A stretch of DNA of 64,000 nt from Burkholderia sp. GTDB lineage: Bacteria; Pseudomonadota; Gammaproteobacteria; Burkholderiales; Burkholderiaceae. The stretch covers positions 20,759 through 84,758 of the forward strand of contig JASLEG010000205.1 in assembly GCA_030151225.1 (NCBI GenBank), written 5' to 3'. Below the pieces are notes generated by a model. That model was not told where the DNA came from and did not search any database. It saw nothing but the letters and a program-made list of their open reading frames with translations. Every line of letters begins with the position of its first letter. Position 1 is the first letter of the stretch. Position numbers and translations under genes: made by a program. Positions 39,656 through 48,271 of the stretch are shown piece after piece.

Positions 39656-42613
39656 ATGATTCGAATCGGCGAGCTGGAAGTGAATCTGCAGGGGCGGGCG
39701 GTGCGCGTCGGCGATGCCGAGGTGCCGCTGTGCGCGCGCACCTTCGACATCCTCGCCGCACTGCTCGACGCCCAGGGCGGTCTGGTCACGAAGCACGCGC
39801 TGATGGATCGCGTGTGGCCCGATACCTTCGTCGAGGAAAACACGCTGCAGGTGTACGTCTCGCAGCTGCGCAAGGCGCTCGGCGGGAGCCGCGCGCTGAT
39901 CCAGACGGTGTCGGGGCGCGGCTATCGGCTCGCGGGCGCGCAGGGCGTATCCACCGGCGCCGTCGACGCGGGTTGCTTCGACCGACTGCCGCGATCGGGC
40001 GGCCCGCTGATCGGCCGCGAGAGCGCGATCGCCGACGTGGTGCGCGCGTTCGAGGGCACCCGGCACCTCACGCTGGTGGGCGCGGGCGGCATCGGCAAGA
40101 CGCGGCTGGCGATCGAGGCGGCGCGCGCGCTGGCCGGCCTCTGTCCCGACGGCGTGGCCTTCGTCGCGCTCGCCTCGGCCACCTCCACGGCCGACGCGAT
40201 CGATGCGACGCTGGGCGCGCTCGGCATCAAGCCGTCGGCCGGCCCGCGCTCGGTCGCCCGCCTGCGCGGCGAGCTGGCCGGGCGCCGCATGCTGGTGCTG
40301 CTCGACAATTGCGAACATCTGCTGGAAGCGGCCGCGAGCGTGGCCGAGGCGCTGGCCGGCTGCGGCAGCACGATCCGCGTGCTGGCGACCAGCCGCGAGC
40401 CGCTGAAGACCGTGAGCGAACGCGTGTACGCGGTGCAGCCGCTGCACGTGCCCACCCCGCTCGATCCACTCGAGCAGATTCGCGAGAGCACCGCAGTGCA
40501 GTTGTTCGTCGCGCGGGCGAGCGCGCTGAACCTGAGGATTCCGATCGATCTCGACAGCCTGGCGCTGATGGCCACGATCTGCCGTCGGCTCGACGGCATT
40601 CCGCTCGCGATCGAGCTGGCCGGCTCGCGCGCGGCGGTGCTCGGCGTGAAGGCGGTGGCCGAGCATCTCGACGACCGCTTCCGGATCCTGACCGGGGGCA
40701 ATCGCACGGCGCTGCCGCGCCACCAGACGCTGCGTGCCACGCTCGACTGGAGCCATGCGCTGCTCGACGACCACGAGCGCGCCGTGCTGCGCCGTCTCGC
40801 GATCTTCCGTGCCACGTTTCCGGTGGAGGCCGCCGTGGCCGTCGCGACCGACGGCGCGATCGGCGGCGACGCGATCCGGCACGCGATCTCGGGCCTGGTC
40901 GAGAAGTCGCTGCTGCACGGCGTCGAAGGCGAGGCGGCGGGCAGGATGCAGTTCCGCCTGCTCGAAACCATGCGCGTCTACGCGCAGCAGAAGCTCGACG
41001 AGCACGGCGAGCGGCGTCGCACCGCGATGGCGCACGCGCGCTACTTCCTGGGCGTGCTCGACGAGGTGCTCGACGACGACGCGAGCCGCCTCGCGCGGCC
41101 GACGATCGCACCGTGCGAGCGCGCCACGCAGCCGGCGCGCGGCGTCGTGTTCGGCGACACGCGCGGATGGATCGACGATCTGCGCGCGGCGCTGTCGTGG
41201 TCGCTCGCCGCGAGCGGCGAGGCGCTGGCGCTCGGCGAGGACCTCGCCACGCGCTACGTCAACCTGCTGTTCGAGCTGTCGAAGGTGGAGGAATGCTGCG
41301 ACTGGGCGCGCCGCTTTCTCGCCTCGATCGAGGCCCGCGAGTCGCGCGCCGGTTCGGACGTGAACGCCGACGTGGACGCGCCGCGCCTCGCGCGCATCAA
41401 GCTGCGGCTGCAGGCCGCGCTGGCGGCGGCGCTGGTCTACGTGCACGGTCCCGACGAGGCGACCCGCAGGCGCTGGCGCGAGGTGCTCGAATCGGCGCGC
41501 GCGCTCGGCGAGCGGCCCTTCGAGGCGCGCGCGCTGTGGGGCCTGTGGAACGCCAGCCAGAGTGCCGGTGCGGCTCGCGAGGCGGTGCAATACGCGCGGC
41601 GCTTCGCCGAGCTGGCCGAGGCCATGCATCGCCAGGGCGAAGCCGGCACCACGAGCTGCCTGCTGGGCGAGCGCCTGATCGCGATCTCGTCGCATTACGC
41701 CGGCGATCAGGTGGCGGCCCATGCCGCGATCTCGCGCTTCATGCCGCATGCCGGCGATCTCTATCAGAGCCTGCCGCTCGGCATCTCGATCGATCAGCAC
41801 GTGGTCGGCAGCGCCACGCTCGCGCGGATCCTGTGGATGCGCGGCGAAACCGGCGAGGCGGCCAGGGTCAGCGCGTCGTGCCTGGCCGGCGCGCTCGCGC
41901 AGGATCAGGCGATCGTCACCTGCTACGTGCTGATCGAGGCGAGCGTGCCGCTCGCGCTGCTGTCCGGCGACTGGCCGGCCGCACGCCATGCGATCGATCT
42001 GCTCGACGCGATCGGCAGTCCTCACGGCCTCGGCGTGGCCGGCTCGTGCCGGCGTGCCTTCGACGCGTATCTGCAGTGCGAGACGGCGCCCGATGCTGCC
42101 GCGGTCGCGCGTCTGGCTGCGGGCCGGGCGGAGCTCGACGGCCGCGACTTCGGCGTGCCGCGCGCGATGCTGGCGGCGGGTCACGCGCGCGCGCTGGGCC
42201 GCATCGGGCGATACGAGGCGGCGCTCGAGGTGCTCGGCGCGGCGGTCCGGCGCTGCGAGCGGGATGGCGAGCTGTGGTTCATCGGCGAGATCGAGCGCGT
42301 GCGCGGCGAGACGATGCTCGCGCGCGGTGGCTCGGCGGCCAGCGCCGAGGACGAGGCCGCGGCCGCGATCTGCTTTGCCAACGCGACGGCCTTGAGCACG
42401 CGCCAGGGCGCGCACCTGCCGGCCCTGCGCGCGGCCGCGAGCCACGCCGCGCTGCTCGTGAGGCAGGCTCGCCTCGATGCGGCGCGCGCCGTGATCGAGC
42501 CGGCCCTTGCGGCGTATCCCGGCAGCCGGGAGGGGCACGACTTCCTCGCGGCCGCCGAGGTGCTGCTGGCCGCCACGCCGTCGAACCCGGACACGCGCCG
42601 CGCATCATGCTGA
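39656..42613 (+). CDS. wHTH + STAND ATPase + TPR-like regulator 2
   Basis: VWPDTFVEENTLQVYVSQLRK...TVSGRGYRL; GAGGIGKT; LVLLDNCE; ATSREPL; LDGIPLAIELAG; RHQTLRATLDWS. Confidence 0.93.
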   Translation: MIRIGELEVNLQGRAVRVGDAEVPLCARTFDILAALLDAQGGLVTKHALMDRVWPDTFVEENTLQVYVSQLRKALGGSRALIQTVSGRGYRLAGAQGVSTGAVDAGCFDRLPRSGGPLIGRESAIADVVRAFEGTRHLTLVGAGGIGKTRLAIEAARALAGLCPDGVAFVALASATSTADAIDATLGALGIKPSAGPRSVARLRGELAGRRMLVLLDNCEHLLEAAASVAEALAGCGSTIRVLATSREPLKTVSERVYAVQPLHVPTPLDPLEQIRESTAVQLFVARASALNLRIPIDLDSLALMATICRRLDGIPLAIELAGSRAAVLGVKAVAEHLDDRFRILTGGNRTALPRHQTLRATLDWSHALLDDHERAVLRRLAIFRATFPVEAAVAVATDGAIGGDAIRHAISGLVEKSLLHGVEGEAAGRMQFRLLETMRVYAQQKLDEHGERRRTAMAHARYFLGVLDEVLDDDASRLARPTIAPCERATQPARGVVFGDTRGWIDDLRAALSWSLAASGEALALGEDLATRYVNLLFELSKVEECCDWARRFLASIEARESRAGSDVNADVDAPRLARIKLRLQAALAAALVYVHGPDEATRRRWREVLESARALGERPFEARALWGLWNASQSAGAAREAVQYARRFAELAEAMHRQGEAGTTSCLLGERLIAISSHYAGDQVAAHAAISRFMPHAGDLYQSLPLGISIDQHVVGSATLARILWMRGETGEAARVSASCLAGALAQDQAIVTCYVLIEASVPLALLSGDWPAARHAIDLLDAIGSPHGLGVAGSCRRAFDAYLQCETAPDAAAVARLAAGRAELDGRDFGVPRAMLAAGHARALGRIGRYEAALEVLGAAVRRCERDGELWFIGEIERVRGETMLARGGSAASAEDEAAAAICFANATALSTRQGAHLPALRAAASHAALLVRQARLDAARAVIEPALAAYPGSREGHDFLAAAEVLLAATPSNPDTRRASC

Positions 42614-42768
42614 AGCGGTATCGCCGGGTCATCGTGTCGATGCTGTTGCTCGCCTCGACGATCAACTGCGTCGATCACGCCGCGTTCTCGGTGGCAGCGT
42701 TCAGCGTGCCGAGGCGCAGCCTGGGCATCGATTCGGAAATCGGCAATGAAAATCCGATGCCGAATTGA
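42607..42768 (+). pseudogene. N-terminal relic of an ACS-family MFS transporter
   Basis: MLKRYRRVIVSMLLLASTINCVDHAAFSV resembles TM1 (RYRW...INYxDR); stops after 53 aa. Confidence 0.6.
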
Positions 42769-42812
42769 ATGTCGATGTCATTGCATCGGCAATTGGATCG
42801 ACACTCGAATCA

Positions 42813-43094
42813 TCAAGCCGGGCCCTGCTCGGCACCGGCCTTTTTCGCCTGCGCGCCGTGCACGCCGGGTAGCGGGCCGAACATGTGCTGGCTGCATTTC
42901 GCCTCGCGCCACGCGGCCCGGAAATGCAGCCCCGACAGCACCTTGCTGGCCAGTGGCAGGATCTGCTCGCCCGCCAGAATGCCCACCAGACCGATTAGCG
43001 CGATCACGGGCGGCGCCGGCGAGGCGACCCCGATCAGGCTGTAGACGGCGCCGGCCAGCAGGCCCGCGAGCAGCGACTTGAGATAGGGCTTCAT
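42813..43094 (-). CDS. XapX/DUF1427 small membrane protein with C-terminal extension
   Basis: MKPYLKSLLAGLLAGAVYSLIGVASPAPPVIALIGLVGILAGEQ. Confidence 0.85.
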   Translation of the reverse strand: MKPYLKSLLAGLLAGAVYSLIGVASPAPPVIALIGLVGILAGEQILPLASKVLSGLHFRAAWREAKCSQHMFGPLPGVHGAQAKKAGAEQGPA

Positions 43095-43185
43095 GGGAAT
43101 CTCGATGAAAGCGTGAATGGGGATTCGATTGCGCCCATTCAAATTATCAGGATTCATTTCGGGCGAAAAGGGTGGTCGGCGAATT

Positions 43186-43238
43186 TCAGATGATTTCAGG
43201 ATTTCTACAGGACAGCTAAGCGGACGCGCGTGTTTAAT
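43186..43238 (+). promoter_or_regulatory. Triple direct repeat plus -10-like hexamer upstream of the hydrolase operon
   Basis: TCAGATGATTTCAGGATTTCTACAGGAC, then TTTAAT at 43233. Confidence 0.65.
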
Positions 43239-43342
43239 GCGTCCGGCTGGGGCTCGATCTCCACGCGCAAGTGATGCGAGCGATCCGCTCGCCTGCCGAA
43301 GGCGAAATGTCCAATTCCTCGAATTCTCGAATCAAGGGTGCC

Positions 43343-44035
43343 ATGACCATGAGCAACGTCAAACTCGAAGTGCTGACTCCGCAGAACAGCCAGCTGATCA
43401 TCATCGATCACCAGCCGCAAATGGCGTTCGGCGTGCAGTCGATCGACCGCCAGGTGCTGAAGAACAACGTGGTGGCGCTGGCCAAGTCGGCCAGGGTGTT
43501 CAACGTGCCCACCACGATCACCACCGTCGAATCGGACAGCTTCTCGGGCTACACCTATCCCGAGCTGCTCGACGTGTTTCCCGATCACAAGATCCTCGAG
43601 CGCACCTCGATGAATTCCTGGGACGACCAGAAGGTGCGCGACGCGCTGGCCGCGAACGGTCGCAGGAAGGTGGTGGTCGCCGGCCTGTGGACCGAGGTGT
43701 GCAACACCACCTTCGCGCTGTGCGCGATGCTCGAAGGCGAATACGAGATCTACATGGTGGCCGACGCATCGGGCGGCACCACCAGGGAGGGCCACGACTT
43801 CGCGATGCAGCGCATGGTGCAGGCCGGCGTGGTGCCCGTGACGTGGCAGCAGGTGATGCTCGAATGGCAGCGCGACTGGGCGCGCCGCGAAACCTACGAT
43901 GCCGTGATGGCGATCGCGAAGGAACATTCGGGCGCCTACGGGATGGGCGTCGACTACGCCTACACGATGGTGCACAAGGCACCGCAGCGCACCGCGACGG
44001 CCCACGACGTGCTCGCACCGATTCCGGCGCGCTGA
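43343..44035 (+). CDS. YcaC-like isochorismatase-family cysteine hydrolase
   Basis: IIDHQPQM, ERTSMNSWDD, AGLWTEVC, VADASGG, EWQRDW. Confidence 0.92.
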   Translation: MTMSNVKLEVLTPQNSQLIIIDHQPQMAFGVQSIDRQVLKNNVVALAKSARVFNVPTTITTVESDSFSGYTYPELLDVFPDHKILERTSMNSWDDQKVRDALAANGRRKVVVAGLWTEVCNTTFALCAMLEGEYEIYMVADASGGTTREGHDFAMQRMVQAGVVPVTWQQVMLEWQRDWARRETYDAVMAIAKEHSGAYGMGVDYAYTMVHKAPQRTATAHDVLAPIPAR

Positions 44036-44115
44036 TCCCCGCGCGCCGATCGGCCGGCCCGCGATCGCATTCCGATCGCGGCGCCGCCTGCCCCTGCGCC
44101 CACAAGGCAGATCGC

Positions 44116-44283
44116 ATGGAAACCTATCTCGTGTCGCTGAGCGCGGGCGTACTGATCGGCGTGATCTACAGCGCCATCAAGGTGCGCTCGCCGGCGCCCC
44201 CGCTCATCGCCCTCGTCGGCCTGCTCGGCATGGTGGTCGGCTCGGAGGCCGTGCCGGCCCTCCGGCCGCTGCTGGGTCTCTAA
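44116..44283 (+). CDS. XapX/DUF1427 small membrane protein
   Basis: METYLVSLSAGVLIGVIYSAIKVRSPAPPLIALVGLLGM. Confidence 0.88.
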   Translation: METYLVSLSAGVLIGVIYSAIKVRSPAPPLIALVGLLGMVVGSEAVPALRPLLGL

Positions 44284-44302
44284 CCACATTGAGGAAACGC
44301 CC

Positions 44303-46195
44303 GTGAATTCCGTCACGAAGCAACCGGACCTGATCCTGCACAACGGCCGGATCACGACGCTCGATCGCGCGAACCCGATCGCCAGTGCCGTGGCGATCGC
44401 CGCTGGCCGCTTCATCGCCGTCGGCAGCGACGCCGACGTCGTGCCGCTGGCCGGCGACGCCACCCGCGTGATCGACCTGCAGGGCCGGCCGGCCCTGCCG
44501 GGCCTGATCGACAATCACCTGCACCTGATTCGCGGCGGCCTGAACTACAACATGGAGCTGCGCTGGGACGGCGTGCCCTCGCTCGCGCTGGCCATGGAGA
44601 TGCTGCGCCGCCAGGTGGCGATCACGCCCGCGCCGCAATGGGTGCGCGTGGTGGGCGGCTTCACCGAGCACCAGTTCGCCGAGAAGCGCCTGCCCACCAT
44701 CGAGGAGCTGAACGCCGCCGCGCCCGACACGCCGGTGTTCATCCTGCACCTGTACGACCGCGCGCTGCTCAACGCCGCCGCGCTGCGCGTGGTGGGCTAC
44801 ACGAAGGACACGCCGGAGCCGCCGGGCGGCACGATCCTGCGCGATGCGGCGGGCAACCCCACCGGGTTGCTGCTCGCCAGCCCGAACGCCACGATCCTGT
44901 ACGCGACGCTGGCGAGGGGCCCGAAGCTGCCGGCCGAATATCAGTACAACTCCACGCGCCACTTCATGCGCGAGCTGAATCGCCTCGGCGTGACGGGCGC
45001 GATCGACGCGGGCGGTGGTTCGCAGAACTATCCGGACGATTACGCGGTGGTGCGCAAGCTGCACGACGCCGGCGAGATGACCGTGCGCATCGCCTACAAC
45101 CTGTTCACGCAGAAGCCGAAGGCCGAGCGCGAGGACTTCGTGAACTGGACCGAGTCCGTCACGTACCACGACGGCAGCGACTATTTCCGCCACAACGGCG
45201 CGGGCGAAATGCTGGTGTTCTCGGCGGCCGACTTCGAGGATTTTCGCGTCGCGCGCCCGGAGCTGCCGGCGGAAATGGAGGGCGAGCTCGAGGGCGTGGT
45301 GCGCGTGCTCGCGCAGAACCGCTGGCCGTGGCGCCTGCACGCCACCTACGACGAAACCATCAGCCGCGCGCTCGACGTGTTCGAGAAGGTGAACGAGGAC
45401 GTGCCGCTGGAAGGCATCAACTGGTTCTTCGATCACGCCGAGACGATCTCCGAACGCTCGATGGACCGCATCGCCGCGCTGGGCGGTGGCGTGGCCGTGC
45501 AGCATCGCATGGCCTATCAGGGCGAGTACTTCGTCGAGCGCTACGGCGCGCAGGCCGCGGAAGCCACGCCGCCGATCCGCAAGATGCTCGACCGCGGGCT
45601 CAAGGTGTCGGCCGGCACCGATGCCACGCGCGTCGCCTCGTACAACCCGTGGGTGTCGCTGTCGTGGCTCGTGACGGGCAAGACGATCGGCGGCACGCGC
45701 CTCTATCCGCAACGCAACCTGCTCGACCGCGAGACGGCGCTGCGCATGTGGACCGAGTACGTGACGTGGTTCTCGAACGAGGAGGGCAGGAAGGGCCGCA
45801 TCGTGGTGGGGCAGCTCGCCGACCTGATGGTGCCGGACCGCGACTTCTTCGGCTGCGCCGAGGACGACATCGCCGACACCAGCGCGCTGATGACGGTGGT
45901 GGGTGGCCGCATCGTGTGGGGCGCCGGGCCGTTCTCGCAGCACGACCTGCCGATTCCGCCGGCCATGCCCGACTGGTCGCCGGTGCGCGAGTTCGGCGGC
46001 TACGGCGGCTGGGGCGCCACCGCGCGCGAGGGCTCGCCGCTGCAACGCGCGGCCGCGGCCGCCGCGCAATGCGCGTGCGCCACCGCCTGCAGCCTGCATG
46101 GCCACGCCCATGCGAACGCCTGGCGCCGCGAGCTGCCGACCTCGGACGCGAAGGCGTTCTGGGGCGCGTTCGGCTGCGCGTGCTGGGCGATCTGA
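44303..46195 (+). CDS. YtcJ/NfdA-like metal-dependent amidohydrolase
   Basis: PGLIDNHLH, WRLHATY, DHAE, AGTDA, GQLADL; Cys/His-rich C-terminal tail. Confidence 0.92.
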   Translation: MNSVTKQPDLILHNGRITTLDRANPIASAVAIAAGRFIAVGSDADVVPLAGDATRVIDLQGRPALPGLIDNHLHLIRGGLNYNMELRWDGVPSLALAMEMLRRQVAITPAPQWVRVVGGFTEHQFAEKRLPTIEELNAAAPDTPVFILHLYDRALLNAAALRVVGYTKDTPEPPGGTILRDAAGNPTGLLLASPNATILYATLARGPKLPAEYQYNSTRHFMRELNRLGVTGAIDAGGGSQNYPDDYAVVRKLHDAGEMTVRIAYNLFTQKPKAEREDFVNWTESVTYHDGSDYFRHNGAGEMLVFSAADFEDFRVARPELPAEMEGELEGVVRVLAQNRWPWRLHATYDETISRALDVFEKVNEDVPLEGINWFFDHAETISERSMDRIAALGGGVAVQHRMAYQGEYFVERYGAQAAEATPPIRKMLDRGLKVSAGTDATRVASYNPWVSLSWLVTGKTIGGTRLYPQRNLLDRETALRMWTEYVTWFSNEEGRKGRIVVGQLADLMVPDRDFFGCAEDDIADTSALMTVVGGRIVWGAGPFSQHDLPIPPAMPDWSPVREFGGYGGWGATAREGSPLQRAAAAAAQCACATACSLHGHAHANAWRRELPTSDAKAFWGAFGCACWAI

Positions 46196-46196
46196 G

Positions 46197-46655
46197 ATGG
46201 GCGCCCGGCAACTCGCCGGCAACCCGCGCTGGGTGAGCGGCCTGCTCGCCCGGCCGTGGGTGGCGCCGCTGCTGCGTCTGGCGCTGGTATCGGCCTATCT
46301 GGTCGGCGGCGTGGACAAGCTGCTGAACTTCCACGCCGCCGTGGCGGAGCAGGCGCACTTCGGCCTGCAGCCTGCCGCGCTGTGGGCCGCGCTCGCGATC
46401 GCGGTGGAAATCGGCGGCTCGCTGTGCGTCGTGTTGGGCCGCTTCACGTGGCTCGGCGCGGGCGGCCTGGGCATGCTCACGCTGGTGGCGATGGGCGTGG
46501 CCAACGACTTCTGGAACCTCGCCGGCGCCGCGCGCTTCATGGCCTTCAACAGCTTCTTCGAGCACCTCGGGCTGATCGCGGCGCTCGTGCTCGCCACCCG
46601 GCTCGACGACCTGCTTTCGATACGCATTCCCAACCAACAGGATGTCCCATCATGA
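46197..46655 (+). CDS. DoxX-family membrane protein
   Basis: LRLALVSAYLVGGVDKL, EIGGSL, ANDFW, FFEHLGL. Confidence 0.88.
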   Translation: MGARQLAGNPRWVSGLLARPWVAPLLRLALVSAYLVGGVDKLLNFHAAVAEQAHFGLQPAALWAALAIAVEIGGSLCVVLGRFTWLGAGGLGMLTLVAMGVANDFWNLAGAARFMAFNSFFEHLGLIAALVLATRLDDLLSIRIPNQQDVPS

Positions 46656-47578
46656 TTTCGATGCGTTCCACCCTGCTCGCGGTGAGCCTCGCGGCCGCCG
46701 CGGCCTTCGCGGCGCCGGCGGCCCTCGCCAAGGCATCGCTCGGCAACGGCTCGCCCGCCGCCACGGCCTCGGTGGCCGTCGGCCCGCAGTACGATACCAC
46801 GCACGTGTACGTGGCCCCCGAGGATTTCGACCGCTTCACCGACGCCTTCGTGGCCACCTTCGGCGGCAGCAAGTCGAAGCAGGGCGTGTTCCAGGTCACG
46901 CCCACGCCGAGCCAGACGATGTCGCAGCTCGTGTTCACGCCGTCGGGCTCGATCTCGGTGTTCGGCTTCAAGACGCCGGTGCCCTGGCCGTTCGGCGCCG
47001 AGCGCACCGGCTATCTCGTCACCGACATGGACGCCGCGATCCGTCAGGCGCGCGCGCACGGCGCCGACGTGATCGTCGACACCTTTCCCGATCCGATCGG
47101 CCGCGATGCCGTGATCGCCTGGCCGGGCGGCGTGCACATGCAGCTCTACTGGCACACCCAGGCGCCGAACTACGCGCCGCTGCAGACGGTGCCGGAGAAC
47201 CGCGTGTACGTGTCGCCGCAACGCGCGGGCAAGTTCGTGCACGACTTCGTGGCCTTCTCGCACGGCAAGGTGGTGTCGGACGTGCGCCATGCGCCCGGCA
47301 TCGAGATCGGCCGGCCCGACGATACCTATCGCCGGATCCGCATCGAATCGGGCTTCGGCAGGATCACGGTGCTGGTGACCGACGGCCATCTGCCCTACCC
47401 GTTCGGGCAGGAGATGACCGGCTACGAAGTGGCCGATCTCGCCGCCACGCTGCGGAAGGCCGAGGCCGCCGGCGTGAAGACGCTGGTGCCGAGCTTCACG
47501 TCGGATGGCCGTGACGCGGCGATCGTGCAGTTCCCGGGCGGTTACGTCGCCGAGATCCACGCGGCCGCGGCGCAATGA
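46652..47578 (+). CDS. Secreted VOC/glyoxalase-like protein
   Basis: Sec-type signal peptide; paired VOC repeats (GYLVTDMD, GYEVADLA, VQFPGGYVAEIH). Confidence 0.8.
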   Translation: MISMRSTLLAVSLAAAAAFAAPAALAKASLGNGSPAATASVAVGPQYDTTHVYVAPEDFDRFTDAFVATFGGSKSKQGVFQVTPTPSQTMSQLVFTPSGSISVFGFKTPVPWPFGAERTGYLVTDMDAAIRQARAHGADVIVDTFPDPIGRDAVIAWPGGVHMQLYWHTQAPNYAPLQTVPENRVYVSPQRAGKFVHDFVAFSHGKVVSDVRHAPGIEIGRPDDTYRRIRIESGFGRITVLVTDGHLPYPFGQEMTGYEVADLAATLRKAEAAGVKTLVPSFTSDGRDAAIVQFPGGYVAEIHAAAAQ

Positions 47579-48261
47579 AGTCCGAGGACACGCTGCTCGC
47601 GGCGATCGCGGGCTTCGTCGACACGCTGAGCTTTGTCGCGCTGTTCGGGCTGTTCACCGCGCACGTGACCGGCAACTTCGTGCTGATCGGCGCGGGTGCC
47701 GGCGGCTACGGGCAGGGTGTCCTTCTGAAGCTGGCGGTGTTTCCGGCCTTCGTGGCCGGCGTGGCCGGCAGCAGCGCGCTGCTGGCCGCCCTGCCGCGGC
47801 ACCATGTGCGCCACGGCGCGCGGCTGCTGCATGCCGCGCAGGCCCTGCTGATGCTGGGCTTCTGCCTGGCCGGCGTGGCCGCCACGCCGGTGGCCGGGCC
47901 CGACGATCCGGCCGCGATCGTGGCCGGCATGCTGGGCGCGTTCGCGATGGGCGTGCAGAACGCGCATCCGCGCCTGATCGGCCGGGCCGGCGTGCCGAAC
48001 ACGGTGATGACCGGCAACGTCACGCAGGCGATTCTCGACGTCGTGGCGATGCTCTCGCCGGGCGCCGCCGCCGCCGTGCGCGTGAGCGCGCGCGCCCGTT
48101 TCCTGAAGATGATGCCGGCCATCGCCGCGTTCGCGCTCGGTGCCGCCGCCGGCGCGCTCGGCTGGCGCCACGTGGGCTTCCTGGCCTTGCTCGCTCCGGT
48201 GCTGGTGCTCGCGCTGCTGGCCATGACCGCCGCCGATGCGCCCGAGCCCGGCCAATCATGA
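47575..48261 (+). CDS. YoaK/DUF1275 membrane protein
   Basis: AGFVDTL, FTAHVTGN, AMGVQNA, TVMTGNVT. Confidence 0.92.
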   Translation: MKSEDTLLAAIAGFVDTLSFVALFGLFTAHVTGNFVLIGAGAGGYGQGVLLKLAVFPAFVAGVAGSSALLAALPRHHVRHGARLLHAAQALLMLGFCLAGVAATPVAGPDDPAAIVAGMLGAFAMGVQNAHPRLIGRAGVPNTVMTGNVTQAILDVVAMLSPGAAAAVRVSARARFLKMMPAIAAFALGAAAGALGWRHVGFLALLAPVLVLALLAMTAADAPEPGQS

Positions 48262-48271
48262 GGTATCCGAC

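Noticed and set aside
35674..42613. STAND proteins as Avs-type antiphage defence
   Set aside because: The N-terminal domains are DNA-binding wHTH rather than nuclease/TIR/SIR2 effectors, and the context is metabolic
39377..42768. 1053-aa minus-strand and 1012-aa alternative-frame ORFs
   Set aside because: Shadows of STAND regulator 2; only the last 53 codons of the plus-frame ORF look like a real (MFS) relic
44059..44081. GC hairpins between operon genes (also near 14810-14845) as REP elements or riboswitches
   Set aside because: They share only short CGCGATCG-type cores that are common at this GC content; likely stability hairpins
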